A stretch of 64,000 nt of DNA from Thalassobaculaceae bacterium (GCA_965228875.1 OZ245843.1:1718616-1782615), one strand, 5' to 3'. Counted from the stretch's first letter, positions 9,847-20,880 are shown. Notes: generated by a model from the sequence alone, not told the origin. Translations and numbers: made by a program.

Positions 9847-11778
9847 CTACGCGACGGGCCCCGCACCGGAGGCACCGATCGAGGCGCCGGTGGCCATCAG
9901 GGCGGAAAGCGCGGTGTCGGCGATCGCCTGCGCGTCCAGTCCGGCCGCCTTGTACTGGGCAGTCTGGCTGTCGTGGTCGATGGGTCGGTCCGGCAAGGTC
10001 ATCGGTCGCACCGCGAGCCCGTTGTCCAGGAGGCCCTGATGGGCGAGGTGATGCAGCACCTGGGTGGCGAAACCGCCGATGGCGTTCTCCTCCACCGTAA
10101 TCAGCACCGGATGCTCGCGCGCCAGGCGCGAAACGAGATCGCCGTCGATGGGCTTGGCGAAGCGGGCATCGGCCACCGTAGTCGAGACGCCGCGCGCCTG
10201 CAGGACGTCGGCGGCCGCCAGGGCCTCCTGCAGCCGGCCGCCGAGCGACAGGATGGCGACCGCGGTGCCTTCGCGCACCACCCTGCCCTTGCCGATCTCC
10301 AGCACCGCGCCGGTCGCCGGCAGTTCGACGCCGACGCCCTCGCCCCGCGGATACCGCACGGCCGACGGTCCGTCGTCGATCGCGGCCGCCGTGGCGACCA
10401 TGTGCTTCAGCTCCGCCTCGTCCGACGGCGCCATGATGACGAAGTTCGGCAGGCAGCCGAGATAGGTCAGGTCGAACGCGCCGGCGTGGGTGGCGCCGTC
10501 GGCGCCCACGAGGCCGGCCCGGTCGATGGCGAAGCGCACCGGCAGGTTCTGCAGCATCACGTCGTGAACGACCTGATCGTAACCCCGCTGCAGAAAGGTC
10601 GAATAGATCGCCGCGAACGGTTTCAGGCCCTCGGTCGCCATGCCGGCGGCGAAGGTCACCGCGTGCTGTTCGGCAATTCCGACGTCGAAGCTGCGCTCCG
10701 GGAAGCGCTCGGCGAACTTGTTCAACCCCGTGCCGGAGGGCATCGCGGCCGTCACCGCCACGATCCGCTCGTCCGCCTCGGCCGCCTGGATCAGGCTCTC
10801 GGCGAACACGTTGGTATAGCTCGGGGCGTTCGGCTTGGGTTTGGCCTGGGCGCCGGTGACGACGTCGAACTTGGCGACGGCGTGGTACTTCTCCGCGCTG
10901 GCCTCGCCGAACGGATGGCCTCGGCCCTTCTCGGTCACGACGTGCAGCAGGACCGGCCGCTTACGCCCCTTCAGCTTCTTCAGGATCGGGACGAGATGGT
11001 CGAGATTGTGACCGTCGACCGGACCCACGTAGAAGAAGCCGAGTTCCTCGAACAGGGTGCCGCCGGTCAGCATGCCACGCGCGAATTCCTCGGCCCGTTG
11101 GGCGGCGCGCTCGATCGGCTTCGGGAAGTGGGTGGCGATCTGCTTCGCCAGTTCGCGCATCGAGCCGAAGGAATGCGACGAGACGATCTGGCTGAGATAG
11201 GCGCTCATCGCGCCGACCGGCGGAGCGATCGACATGTCGTTGTCGTTCAGGATGACCAGCATGCGCCGGTCGGCGGCGCCGGCATTGTTCATCGCCTCGT
11301 AGGCCATGCCGGCGCTCATCGAGCCGTCGCCGATGACCGCCACCACATCGAAGTGTTCGCCCATCAGATCCCGCGCGGTGGCCATTCCGAGGCCCGAGGA
11401 GATCGAGGTCGAGCTGTGGGCGGCGCCGAACGGGTCGTACGCGCTCTCCGACCGCTTGGTGAAGCCGGACAGTCCCCCGGCCTGGCGCAGGGTGCGGATC
11501 CGGTCGCGGCGCCCGGTCAGGATCTTGTGCGGATAGGCCTGGTGACCGACGTCCCAGATGATCTTGTCGCGCGGCGTGTCGAAGACGTGATGCAGCGCGA
11601 CGGTCAGTTCGACCACGCCGAGACCGGCACCGAGGTGGCCGCCGGTGACGGACACCGCCGAGATCGTCTCGGAACGCAGTTCGTCAGCCACCTGCCTGAG
11701 CTCCGACACGCTCAACCCCTTCAGGTCGTCCGGCGTCGAGATCCGGTCGAGGAGCGGGGTATCGGGACGGTGACTCAT
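9847..11778 (-). CDS. dxs: 1-deoxy-D-xylulose-5-phosphate synthase
   Basis: [39 protein letters not shown] motif, [21 protein letters not shown]. Confidence 0.98.
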   Translation of the reverse strand: MSHRPDTPLLDRISTPDDLKGLSVSELRQVADELRSETISAVSVTGGHLGAGLGVVELTVALHHVFDTPRDKIIWDVGHQAYPHKILTGRRDRIRTLRQAGGLSGFTKRSESAYDPFGAAHSSTSISSGLGMATARDLMGEHFDVVAVIGDGSMSAGMAYEAMNNAGAADRRMLVILNDNDMSIAPPVGAMSAYLSQIVSSHSFGSMRELAKQIATHFPKPIERAAQRAEEFARGMLTGGTLFEELGFFYVGPVDGHNLDHLVPILKKLKGRKRPVLLHVVTEKGRGHPFGEASAEKYHAVAKFDVVTGAQAKPKPNAPSYTNVFAESLIQAAEADERIVAVTAAMPSGTGLNKFAERFPERSFDVGIAEQHAVTFAAGMATEGLKPFAAIYSTFLQRGYDQVVHDVMLQNLPVRFAIDRAGLVGADGATHAGAFDLTYLGCLPNFVIMAPSDEAELKHMVATAAAIDDGPSAVRYPRGEGVGVELPATGAVLEIGKGRVVREGTAVAILSLGGRLQEALAAADVLQARGVSTTVADARFAKPIDGDLVSRLAREHPVLITVEENAIGGFATQVLHHLAHQGLLDNGLAVRPMTLPDRPIDHDSQTAQYKAAGLDAQAIADTALSALMATGASIGASGAGPVA

Positions 11779-11797
11779 GATGTCCGTGTCCAGTCGG

Positions 11798-12688
11798 TCA
11801 GTTGGCGCGGTCGACGACGAAGCGCGCGGCCTCGCGCAGCGGTTCGGCCGCCTCGTCGAACACGTCGAGGGCGTGGATCGCCTGCTCTATCAGTAGATGC
11901 GCCTGCGCACGCGCCCTTTCAGCCCCCAAAATAGACACAAATGTCGCCTTTCCCGCTGCGGCGTCCTGTCCCACCGGCTTTCCGGTGCGCTCCGGATCGC
12001 CCTCGGCATCCAGCAGGTCGTCGGCGATCTGGAACGCGAGACCGAACTCCTGGGCGAAGTTGTGCAGCGCCATGTAGGACCGATAGGAGCCCTTGCCGAG
12101 GATGGCGCCGGCGACCGAAGCGAAGGCGAACATCTCGCCGGTCTTCAACCGCTGCAGACGGGTGATGGCGCCGATGTTCATCTCCGGCTCCCGCTCCGCC
12201 AGCAGGTCGATCATCTGACCGCCGCACATGCCGTGGCCGCCCGCCGCCTGGGCCAGTTCCTTCACCAGTTCGATCCGCACATTGGGATCGGAATGGGTCT
12301 CCGGGGCGGCCAGGATCTCGAAGGCCAGCGCCTGCAGCGCGTCACCGGCCAGGATCGCCGTCGCCTCGTCGAACTGCTTGTGGCAGCTCGGACGGCCGCG
12401 GCGGGTGTCGGCGTTGTCCATCGCCGGCAGGTCGTCGTGAATCAGCGAGTAGGTGTGCATGAACTCGATCGATGCCGCCACCCGCGCCGCGCAGCGCCGG
12501 TCGACCCGGAACAGGGATGCGGACTGCATGACCAGGAACGGGCGCAGCCGCTTGCCTCCGGCCTGGCAGGAGTAGCGCATGGCTTCGAACAACCGCGCCT
12601 CGGCATCGTCCGGCTGCGGCAGCAGCAGGTCCATGGTCCTGTCGACCGTGTCGGCGCACTCCGCCAGCAGGGTTTCCAGATCGGACAT
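11798..12688 (-). CDS. ispA: Farnesyl/geranyl diphosphate synthase
   Basis: [30 protein letters not shown]; xseB-ispA-dxs order. Confidence 0.95.
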   Translation of the reverse strand: MSDLETLLAECADTVDRTMDLLLPQPDDAEARLFEAMRYSCQAGGKRLRPFLVMQSASLFRVDRRCAARVAASIEFMHTYSLIHDDLPAMDNADTRRGRPSCHKQFDEATAILAGDALQALAFEILAAPETHSDPNVRIELVKELAQAAGGHGMCGGQMIDLLAEREPEMNIGAITRLQRLKTGEMFAFASVAGAILGKGSYRSYMALHNFAQEFGLAFQIADDLLDAEGDPERTGKPVGQDAAAGKATFVSILGAERARAQAHLLIEQAIHALDVFDEAAEPLREAARFVVDRAN

Positions 12689-12699
12689 CGCCTGGACCC

Positions 12700-12963
12700 T
12701 CAGCTGTCGAAATCGGATGTGCCGGACGGCTGACCGCTCTCGTCGAGCCTGATCTTCTCGACCTTCAGTCGGGCCTCCTCGAGCTTCTTCTGGCAGTGTT
12801 TCTTCAATGCCGCGCCGCGCTCATAGGCGGCGATGGCGTCGTCGAGCGATCCCCTGCCCTGCTCGAGCGTCTCGACGATGGCCTCGAGTTCGCGGAGCGC
12901 ATCCTCGAAGCTCAGGGTCTCGACAGCGGCGGAAGCGGGTGCGGCGGCTTGTGTATCGGTCAC
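12700..12963 (-). CDS. xseB: Exodeoxyribonuclease VII small subunit
   Basis: LSFEDALRELEAIVETLE..LDDAIAAYERG..C..KLEEA. Confidence 0.95.
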   Translation of the reverse strand: MTDTQAAAPASAAVETLSFEDALRELEAIVETLEQGRGSLDDAIAAYERGAALKKHCQKKLEEARLKVEKIRLDESGQPSGTSDFDS

Positions 12964-13056
12964 GGTATCCCTCCGGAAAGCGCGCGGAGTGTAGGCATGC
13001 GGCAGGTGCGAAACAAGGCCGGCGGCAGGTCGTCCGGCGGAGCGGTCGGAGCGCCC

Positions 13057-13986
13057 TCAGCCGGCGGTCATCAACTGCTTCACATGCGCCGACGTCGCCT
13101 CCGCCAGCGCGTGCAGATCGTACCCGCCCTCCAGGCAGGACACGACACGCCCGCCGCAGACCTCGTCGGCCACGCGCATCAGTTCCGCCGTCACCCACAC
13201 GAAGTCCTCGGTCTCCAGCATCAGCGACGCCAGCGGGTCGTCGCGGTGGGCGTCGAAACCGGCGGAAATGATCAGCAGTTCCGGTCTGAACGCCGTCAGC
13301 GACGGCAGGATGCGGTCGGTCATCGCCTGGCGGAACGCCTCGCCGTCCGACATCGGTGCCAGCGGGGCGTTGACGATGTTGCCGAGTCCGCGCTCGCCTG
13401 CGGCACCCGTGCCGGGATAGAGCGGCATCTGGTGGGTCGAGCCGTAATACAGCGTCGCGTCGTCCCAGAACGCCGCCTGGGTCCCATTGCCGTGGTGCAC
13501 GTCGAAATCGACCACGGCGACGCGGGCGAGCCCGTGCACCGACCGGGCGTGGCGGGCCGCGACGGCGACCGAGTTGAACAGGCAGAAGCCCATGGCCCGC
13601 TCCGGCTCGGCGTGGTGTCCCGGAGGCCGCACCGCGCAGAAGGCGTTGGCCGCCTCTCCGGCAAGCACCGCATCCGTGGCCGCCACCGCCGCACCGGCGG
13701 CCCTGAGCGCCGCCTCGCTGGAGCCCGGCGACAGGAAGGTGTCGCCATCGATCGCCGCCAGCCCGCTGTCCGGCACGGCTTCCAGAATGGCGCCGATATA
13801 GGCCTCGGGATGGACCCGGGCGACCTGCTCGACCGTGGCCAGCGGCGCGTCCCGACGTTCCAGCGCGGCGAAGGCCGGCGACTCCAGCGCCTTCCAGATC
13901 GCCTCCAGGCGCGCGGGGTGTTCGGGGTGCATCTGTCCCGGCGCATGCGCGACGCAGGCCTTGTGGGTGTAGAGAAGCGTTGTCAT
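13057..13986 (-). CDS. Histone deacetylase family protein
   Basis: HPEHPARL, RPPGHHA, GFCLFN, DFDVHHGNGTQ, SAGFDAH, LEGGY. Confidence 0.95.
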   Translation of the reverse strand: MTTLLYTHKACVAHAPGQMHPEHPARLEAIWKALESPAFAALERRDAPLATVEQVARVHPEAYIGAILEAVPDSGLAAIDGDTFLSPGSSEAALRAAGAAVAATDAVLAGEAANAFCAVRPPGHHAEPERAMGFCLFNSVAVAARHARSVHGLARVAVVDFDVHHGNGTQAAFWDDATLYYGSTHQMPLYPGTGAAGERGLGNIVNAPLAPMSDGEAFRQAMTDRILPSLTAFRPELLIISAGFDAHRDDPLASLMLETEDFVWVTAELMRVADEVCGGRVVSCLEGGYDLHALAEATSAHVKQLMTAG

Positions 13987-14044
13987 GGCGCGAGCCTATC
14001 AAGGCCCGGCAAGCCGCGTCACGCGCGTTCGTCGCCGGTCGACG

Positions 14045-14581
14045 TCAGTGCCGCTGCGGTCGAGGGCGCACCATCAGGACCACCGCGTCGCCGCGATACT
14101 CGGTCGTGCCCTGGTGGACGTATCCCAACGCCTCGGCCAGCCGCAGGGACGCCGTGTTCTCCGGCGCGATGATGCAGTGCGTTCGGGCGACGGGAACGCG
14201 GGCGTCGACCCATTCGAGCATCGCGCCGCACGCTTCCCGTCCGTAGCCGCGGCCGTGCACGGCGCCGGCGAATGCCCATGCGGCTTCCGCCGACTCCGCG
14301 GGTTCCGGAACGCCGGTCCGCTTGAAGTGGCCGACGCCGACACCGCCGACCAGCCGGCCGCTCGCGCGATCCTCCACCGCGAACAGGCCGTAGCCGAAGA
14401 GATCCCAGTGCCCGGCGTAGCGGAGCAGCCGCGACCAGCTCTCCTCCTCGCTGGCAGGCGGGCCGATATGGCGCACCATCTGCGGGTCCGCCCAAAGGGA
14501 CGCGAGCGCGGCCGCATCGTCGAGGCGGTGGCGGCGCAGGATCAGTCGTTCGGTCTCGATAACCGTCGGATCGCTCTGCAT
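14045..14581 (-). CDS. GNAT family N-acetyltransferase (RimJ/RimL-like)
   Basis: IETERLILR, HGRGYGREA, NTASLRLAEALG. Confidence 0.9.
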   Translation of the reverse strand: MQSDPTVIETERLILRRHRLDDAAALASLWADPQMVRHIGPPASEEESWSRLLRYAGHWDLFGYGLFAVEDRASGRLVGGVGVGHFKRTGVPEPAESAEAAWAFAGAVHGRGYGREACGAMLEWVDARVPVARTHCIIAPENTASLRLAEALGYVHQGTTEYRGDAVVLMVRPRPQRH

Positions 14582-14751
14582 CGGGTCTCCATGGGCGACG
14601 TGTAGGTCGGTCTGAGAATTGACAGCGGTCGGCCGCGTGCCATCTACTCGAAACGAGCGGCCGTGTTTTTTCTGCTATAACGCACACCCGCGGCCGGACA
14701 AGGGTCGCGCCCGAACCACCTTCGTTTCGACAGTTCGAGGAAGACCGAGCG

Positions 14752-15870
14752 ATGCCCATGATCGCCCGATCCATCGCCCTGACCATCGGGCTCTGGGCTC
14801 TCATCGTCGTGCTGCTCGCCCCGCCAGCGGTCGCCCAAGGCCGCGCCGCGTCGGTCACTGTGGATCCGGTGACCCGCCAGCCGCTGATCGCCACCGTCGA
14901 TGTGCTCGGCCGTTTCGTCGCCCGGCAGTCCGGCACGGTAGCCGCCCGGATCGCCGAACGGGTCGATGCGGTGCCGGCACAGGTCGGCGATCGCGTGACG
15001 CGCGGCGACGTGATCGCCCGGCTGTCCAGCGACCGGCTCGCCGCCGAGCGCGCCCGGTCGGCGGCGCAGGCCAAGGCTGCCGACTCCGGCGTGACCCAGG
15101 CACGCGCCAACCTGGCCAAGGCCGAGCAGACGCTGTCGCGGCTGAACAGGCTGAAGGGGTCCACCGCCCATCGCCCGGACCGCGCCGAGGATGCCGAACG
15201 CGACGTCGAGGCGCACCGCGCCGCGCTGCGCTCGGCCGAGGCGGCGGCGGCCGTCGCCCGGGCCCAGCTCGACCTGGCCGAGATTGCCCTTCAGGACGCT
15301 ACGATCACCGCCCCGTTCGACGGCGTGGTGACGGTGAAGCACGTGTCCGCCGGGACCTATGTGCGGCTCGGCGACCCCGTGGCCACGATCCTCAACGACC
15401 TGGAACTGGAGATCGAGGCGGACGTTCCGGCCAACCGCACCGGCGGGCTGCAGCCGGGCACGCTGGTCGAGGGGGAACTGCAGAACGGTGGCCGGCTCTT
15501 CGCCGTCGTGCGCGCCGTCATTCCCGAGGAGAACACCCGCACCCGCACCCGGGCCGTGCGCTTCGTGCCGCAGGGCGGCGACGAGGTGGCGACGGCCGCC
15601 AACCAGGCCGTGACCCTGGAGGTGCCGCTCGACCAGTCCCGCCTGGTGCTGACCGTGGACAAGGACGCGGTCACGATCCAGCGCGGCGAGAACCTGGTCT
15701 TCATCGTCGCCGACGGCAAGGCGGTGCCCCGGTCGGTCCGGCTGGGCGAGAGTGTCGGCAACCGGTTCGAGGTGCTGTCCGGTCTGGAGGAGGGCGAGCT
15801 CGCGGTGGTCCGTGGCAACGAGGTCCTGCGGCCGGGTCAGCCGGTCGCCATCGACGGCGGACAGGGGTAG
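14752..15870 (+). CDS. RND efflux periplasmic adaptor subunit
   Basis: N-terminal TM/signal; GDRVTRGDVIARL, ITAPFDGVV, GLEEGELAVVRG. Confidence 0.92.
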   Translation: MPMIARSIALTIGLWALIVVLLAPPAVAQGRAASVTVDPVTRQPLIATVDVLGRFVARQSGTVAARIAERVDAVPAQVGDRVTRGDVIARLSSDRLAAERARSAAQAKAADSGVTQARANLAKAEQTLSRLNRLKGSTAHRPDRAEDAERDVEAHRAALRSAEAAAAVARAQLDLAEIALQDATITAPFDGVVTVKHVSAGTYVRLGDPVATILNDLELEIEADVPANRTGGLQPGTLVEGELQNGGRLFAVVRAVIPEENTRTRTRAVRFVPQGGDEVATAANQAVTLEVPLDQSRLVLTVDKDAVTIQRGENLVFIVADGKAVPRSVRLGESVGNRFEVLSGLEEGELAVVRGNEVLRPGQPVAIDGGQG

Positions 15871-15874
15871 GCCC

Positions 15875-18800
15875 ATGAACATCATCCGCGCGTCGATCGA
15901 GCGGCCGATCGCCATCATCTCGGCGGTCATGATGGTGGTGATGTTCGGCATCGTCGCCCTGCTCGGCATCCCGATCCAGCTGGCGCCGGATGTGAACCGC
16001 CCGGTCATCACGGTCGAGACCAACTGGTTCGGCGCCGCCCCGGCGGAGGTCGAACGCGAGATCGTCAACCGTCAGGAGGACGAACTGCGCGGTCTCGAGG
16101 GGCTGGAGGAGATGATCGGCACGGCCGAGACCGGTCGCGGGCGGGTGGAGCTCGAGTTCCAGGTCGGCACCGACATGGACCGCGCGCTCCTGCTGGTCGC
16201 CAACCGTCTGGACCGGGTCGGCGACTATCCCTCGGAGGTCGATCAGCCGACGCTCAGCAGCGCCGGGGCCGAGGACAACGCCATCGCCTGGATGACCCTG
16301 CGGCGGGTTCCCGGCAACGAACGGCCGATCCACACGTTCGGCGACTTCGCCGAAGACGTCATCAAGACCCAGATCGAGCGTGTGCCCGGCGTCAGCCGGG
16401 TCGACGTGTACGGCGGCGCCGAGCGCGAGATGCAGGTCATCGTCGATCCGGAGCGCCTGGCCCATTTCCGCATTACCATCGGCCAGGTCGTCCAGGGCCT
16501 GCGCGCGGCGAACGCCTCGATCTCCGCCGGCGCGGTCGAGGAGGGAAAGCGGCGCTACACGGTGCGCACCGAAGGCGATTTCGAGAGCATCCAGTCGGTG
16601 CGCGATGTTGTTCTGCGCTCCACCGTCGACCCCGAAACCGGACGGGTCGCGCGCCTGACCGTCGCCGATATCGGCGAGGTGCAGTTCGACTACAAGGAGC
16701 CGGTGGCCCGCATCCGCTATTTCGGCCACCCCGGGATGGCGATGCCCGTGCGGCGCGAGACCGGAGCCAACGTTATCGAGACCATGGCCGGCGTCGACAG
16801 GGCGATCGAGGAGCTCTCGCGCTACGAACTTCCTAACGAAGGCCTCTACATCAACAAGGTCTACGACGAGACCACCTACATCACCTCGGCCATCGACCTT
16901 GTGCAGCAGAACATCTGGGTCGGAGGTTTGCTGGCCGCCGTGGTGCTGATGACCTTCCTGCGGTCGGGATCGGCGACCTTGGTGGTGTCGCTCGCCATTC
17001 CCGTCTCTGTGGTCGGATCCTTCGTCGCCATGGCGGCACTCGGGCGCTCGATCAACGTGATCTCTCTGGCCGGCCTCGCCTTCGCCGTCGGCATGGTGGT
17101 CGATGCGGCCATTGTCGTGCTGGAGAACATCTTCCGCCTGCGCCAGAACGGCCGTAGCGCCCGCGAAGCCGCCTACCTCGGCGCCTCCCAGGTCTGGGGG
17201 GCGGTGCTCGTCTCGGCCCTGACCACGGTGATGGTGTTCATTCCGATCCTGGTCATGCAGCTCGAAGTCGGCCAGCTGTTCCGCGACATCGCCGTGGCGA
17301 TCTCGGTGTCCGTCCTGCTGTCGCTGCTGGTCTCGGTGACGGTGGTTCCGGCCCTCGCCAGCCGCCTGCTCGGCCCCGGTGTGGAGAAGGCGCAGAACCG
17401 CCGCGTCCCCGGCATCGATCATTTCGCCCGCGGTTTCCACGCGACGGTGATGGCGATCACGCGCAGGGCGGTCCGCTCCCGTGCCTTCGCCGCCGCGATG
17501 ATCGTCGCCATGACGGCGGCCTGCTCCATCTCCACCTACATCTTCCTGCCCAAGCTCGACTATCTGCCGAACGGCAACCGCAACCTGGTGATCGGACGCC
17601 TGGCGCCGCCGCCCGGCTACAACCTCGATACGCAGACGGCGATCGCCGGACAGCTCGAGGAGGCCACCCGTCCACTCTGGGACGAGGACGAGGAGCGCCT
17701 GCGGACCGAGGACGGCACGCCCACGTTGTCACGGTTCTTTTTTGTCGCCTTCCGGGCCAACACGATCATCGGCGCCGCCGCGGCCGACGAGTCGCGGGTG
17801 GCCGACCTCATCCCGGTGCTCTGGCGTCCGGTGCAGTCGGTGCCCGGCACCCGATCGTTCTTCTTCCAGACCTCTCTGTTCGGGCGCGGCGTCGGTGGCG
17901 CCGGCGCGGTGGATCTGGACATCTCGGGCGGCGACATGAACGAGATCGTCGACGTCGCCCAGCGCATCGACCGGGCCATCAACGACGTCCTGCCGCGCAG
18001 CCAGGGCACCCAGATCCGTCCGCTTCCGAGCCTGACGCTCGGGGCGCCGGAAGTCCGTCTCATGCCGAACCGGACCGAACTCGCCGACAACGGCGTATCG
18101 GCGCTCGAACTGGGCCAGACGGTCGACGCCTTCAACGACGGGCTGCGCGTCGCCGAGATCACGGTGGACGGCGAGCGGCTCGACCTGACCCTGCGCGGCC
18201 CGGTGAGAAACGTCACCCAGACCCAGGGCATCGAAGCCCTGCCCGTGGTGACCGAGCAGGGCATGATCCTGCCGGCAAGTTCGCTGGCCGACATCGTGGT
18301 GACCACCGGGCCGACCGAGATCCGGCACCGGGAACGCCAGCGCACCATCACCCTGGTGGTCCAGCCGCCGACCTCCATCGCGCTGGAGGAAAGCATGGAG
18401 ATCCTGCGCGATCAGGTGATCGCGAAGGTGGTGGCCGAGGGCGTGCCGCCGGGCATCAGCATCAGACTGTCCGGTACGGCGAGCAAGCTGCAGGAGACGT
18501 GGGCCGAGATGCAGATCGACCTGGTGATGGCGCTGGCCATCGTCTACCTGGTCATGGCGATCCTGTTCGAGAGCTTCTTCTATCCAATCATCATCGTGTT
18601 CTCCGTGCCCCTGGCGACCGCCGGAGGGATGCTCGGCCTCGGGGTGCTCAACACCTTCGTCCAGCAGAAGCTCGACATGCTGACCCTGCTCGGGTTCGTC
18701 ATCCTGATCGGTATCGTGGTCAACAACGCGATCCTGCTGGTGCACCAGACCCTGCACCACCTGCGCCACGAAGGCATGAGCGGGGGCGACGCGATCCTGG

Positions 18801-19078
18801 AGGCGACCGGGAACCGCATCCGGCCGATCTTCATGTCGACGCTGACGAGCGTGCTGGGCATGCTTCCCCTGGTGGTGTTTCCCGGCGCCGGCTCGGAACT
18901 GTACCGCGGCCTCGGCTCGGTGGTCGTCGGCGGGCTGGCGCTGTCCGCCGTCCTGACCCTCGGCCTGATCCCGCCGATGCTGTCGCTGTTCATGGCGGCG
19001 ATCGAGGGGCGCGAAGCACGGAAACCGGCCGCGCCGCCCGTGACTAAAGCCGAAGCGGGCGAAGCCCCGGCCGAGTGA
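15875..19078 (+). CDS. RND efflux transporter permease (AcrB/AcrD/AcrF family)
   Basis: GMVVDAAIVVLENI, GIVVNNAILL, RIRPIFMSTLT; ~1067 aa. Confidence 0.95.
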   Translation: MNIIRASIERPIAIISAVMMVVMFGIVALLGIPIQLAPDVNRPVITVETNWFGAAPAEVEREIVNRQEDELRGLEGLEEMIGTAETGRGRVELEFQVGTDMDRALLLVANRLDRVGDYPSEVDQPTLSSAGAEDNAIAWMTLRRVPGNERPIHTFGDFAEDVIKTQIERVPGVSRVDVYGGAEREMQVIVDPERLAHFRITIGQVVQGLRAANASISAGAVEEGKRRYTVRTEGDFESIQSVRDVVLRSTVDPETGRVARLTVADIGEVQFDYKEPVARIRYFGHPGMAMPVRRETGANVIETMAGVDRAIEELSRYELPNEGLYINKVYDETTYITSAIDLVQQNIWVGGLLAAVVLMTFLRSGSATLVVSLAIPVSVVGSFVAMAALGRSINVISLAGLAFAVGMVVDAAIVVLENIFRLRQNGRSAREAAYLGASQVWGAVLVSALTTVMVFIPILVMQLEVGQLFRDIAVAISVSVLLSLLVSVTVVPALASRLLGPGVEKAQNRRVPGIDHFARGFHATVMAITRRAVRSRAFAAAMIVAMTAACSISTYIFLPKLDYLPNGNRNLVIGRLAPPPGYNLDTQTAIAGQLEEATRPLWDEDEERLRTEDGTPTLSRFFFVAFRANTIIGAAAADESRVADLIPVLWRPVQSVPGTRSFFFQTSLFGRGVGGAGAVDLDISGGDMNEIVDVAQRIDRAINDVLPRSQGTQIRPLPSLTLGAPEVRLMPNRTELADNGVSALELGQTVDAFNDGLRVAEITVDGERLDLTLRGPVRNVTQTQGIEALPVVTEQGMILPASSLADIVVTTGPTEIRHRERQRTITLVVQPPTSIALEESMEILRDQVIAKVVAEGVPPGISIRLSGTASKLQETWAEMQIDLVMALAIVYLVMAILFESFFYPIIIVFSVPLATAGGMLGLGVLNTFVQQKLDMLTLLGFVILIGIVVNNAILLVHQTLHHLRHEGMSGGDAILEATGNRIRPIFMSTLTSVLGMLPLVVFPGAGSELYRGLGSVVVGGLALSAVLTLGLIPPMLSLFMAAIEGREARKPAAPPVTKAEAGEAPAE

Positions 19079-19133
19079 CCGACCGTGCGGAGCCCCATCG
19101 GTACAGCGCCGTTTCCTACCCACTCCGCACGAG

Positions 19134-19156
19134 GCAAACGTTGTGTTAACGTTTGC
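19134..19156. promoter_or_regulatory. Inverted repeat / CtrA-like site upstream of pentapeptide gene 1
   Basis: GCAAACGTT-gtgtt-AACGTTTGC; contains AAACGTTGTGTTAA, reading TTAA-N7-TTTG on the minus strand. Confidence 0.5.
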
Positions 19157-19212
19157 GTTGCAGGGTGGGGACACATCCGCGCGATGACACCGCAGGGGTA
19201 TGGGGCTTCCGT

Positions 19213-20466
19213 ATGACGCCGCAGCAGTTCGTCATGATCCTCCAGGAGCATGAGGCCTGGCTCACCAAGGGTCGTGGCGGCGCGCGCGCCAACCTCGCCC
19301 GCCAGAACCTCACCGGTTTCTCGCTCGAGGGGGCTCGGCTGCGGGGCGCCAAGATGTCCGGATGCGACCTGTCCCGCGCGATCCTGCAGCGCACCGATCT
19401 GTCCGAGGCGGACCTGTTCTGCGCCATCCTGGACGGGGTCGACGCCAAGAGCTGCAACCTGGAGAACGCCGACCTGCGCGGCGCCAACATCCGCAACGTG
19501 AACCTGACCGGCGCCAACCTGCGCGGGGCCGACTTCCGCGGCGGAACGCTGATGTTCGGGTCCGACAACGAGGACGGCGAGCGCGACAGCCCGACCAACA
19601 ACGAGCGCGGCGCCAACCTCTCCAACTCGGCCATGGCCAACGCGAACCTGGCCGGCGCCACGCTGTCGGGCGCCAACCTGTCGGGCGTCAACCTGCGCAA
19701 CGCCAATCTCGAAGGCGCCGATCTGAAGGGGTGCGTCCTCAGCGACGCCGACTTCTCCGGGGCCAACCTGCAGGACGCCCAGCTTCAGGGTGCCGTCATC
19801 AACAACACGGTCTTCAAGCACGCCAACCTTTCGGGGGCGAACATCGAAGGCTGCGACATGTCGTCGGCGAACCTCACCGGCGCCAACATGGTGCGCAGCG
19901 AGGACACGCTGCCGTCCGATATCCGCGACATGCTGAACAACCACTATGTCTGGATTCGCGAGGACGGCCGCCTCGGCGACCGGGCCGTTCTCGTCGGCGC
20001 CGATCTCAGCCACATCGATCTGGCCGGCGTGAACCTGTCCGGCGCCGACCTGCACACCTCCAACCTCTCCGGCGCCAACCTGGGCGAGACCCTGCTGGTC
20101 ATGTCCGACCTGGCGAAGTGCAATCTGGAGGGCGCCGAGCTGACCAAGTCGGTGATGGAGGGGGTGAACCTGTCCAATGCCAGCCTGGTCGGCGCCAACC
20201 TCCAGCAGGCCAACATCTCGCCGGTGAACCTCAAGGACAGCAAGGGCCGGCCCACCGGCCGGATGTGGCCCGCCAACCTGTCCGGCGCGAAACTCAACGG
20301 CGCCGATCTGAGCGGCGCGGATCTGCGCGGCGCCAACCTGTCCCACTGCGACCTGTCCGGAGCGCAGCTCAAGGGCGCCAACCTGGCAGGCGCGAATCTG
20401 ACCGACGCACTGGTCGACCCCGACCAGCTCGAATCCGCGCAGAACACGCAGGCGGCGGCGGTCTGA
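19213..20466 (+). CDS. Pentapeptide repeat protein (417 aa, two modules)
   Basis: Extensive A[DN]LxG repeats; HxxW..G.RA.L cap occurs twice; C-terminus QAAAV. Confidence 0.93.
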   Translation: MTPQQFVMILQEHEAWLTKGRGGARANLARQNLTGFSLEGARLRGAKMSGCDLSRAILQRTDLSEADLFCAILDGVDAKSCNLENADLRGANIRNVNLTGANLRGADFRGGTLMFGSDNEDGERDSPTNNERGANLSNSAMANANLAGATLSGANLSGVNLRNANLEGADLKGCVLSDADFSGANLQDAQLQGAVINNTVFKHANLSGANIEGCDMSSANLTGANMVRSEDTLPSDIRDMLNNHYVWIREDGRLGDRAVLVGADLSHIDLAGVNLSGADLHTSNLSGANLGETLLVMSDLAKCNLEGAELTKSVMEGVNLSNASLVGANLQQANISPVNLKDSKGRPTGRMWPANLSGAKLNGADLSGADLRGANLSHCDLSGAQLKGANLAGANLTDALVDPDQLESAQNTQAAAV

Positions 20467-20532
20467 GCCGGTTGCAGTTGTCGTCACCCCTGTGACGCAC
20501 TATTCTTGACGTGCACAGATAGGAGGCACGTC

Positions 20533-20700
20533 ATGCGCACTCTCGTCATCGCCTGCGGATTGAGTCTCGGCCTTGTCGCCTTCGCTGCCGTCGATGCGTC
20601 GGCCTGCGGATGGTCGGCCAAATCCGCGTCCAAGTCTTCGCCCAGCCAGACCGTCATGGCTCCGCAGTCCCCGGCCCAGAAGCCGGCCTCCGGGAGCTGA
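20533..20700 (+). CDS. Small secreted protein (55 aa)
   Basis: AGGAGG RBS at 20521; signal peptide MRTLVIACGLSLGLVAFAAVDASA followed by CGW and an S/P-rich tail. Confidence 0.65.
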   Translation: MRTLVIACGLSLGLVAFAAVDASACGWSAKSASKSSPSQTVMAPQSPAQKPASGS

Positions 20701-20797
20701 GCGGAACGGGTCCTTTTGGGTCGGCTCGACGGTCGCCCGACGGTTCGCCACTTGCGGGGTCGAGTTCCCTGTGACGACACGACGTTTGGTCGAGAGA

Positions 20798-20822
20798 TTA
20801 AACGTCGCGTTAAGTTTTTAAC
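20798..20822. promoter_or_regulatory. CtrA-like site upstream of the hypothetical/pentapeptide-2 unit
   Basis: TTAAACGTCGCGTTAAGTTTTTAAC; TTAA-N7-TTTA on the minus strand plus extra TTAAC half-sites. Confidence 0.55.
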
Positions 20823-20880
20823 GCTAGGCCTTGGTCAGTCCGAGCGATTTTAACCCGAAGCATTGGATTGACCTTCAGAT

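Noticed and set aside
3593..11934. Long antisense/alternate-frame ORFs (e.g. 3593..5497, 4888..6858, 8009..10039, 9763..11934) and similar ones elsewhere
   Set aside because: Shadow ORFs of high-GC coding sequence overlapping well-supported genes; R/P/G-rich with no motifs
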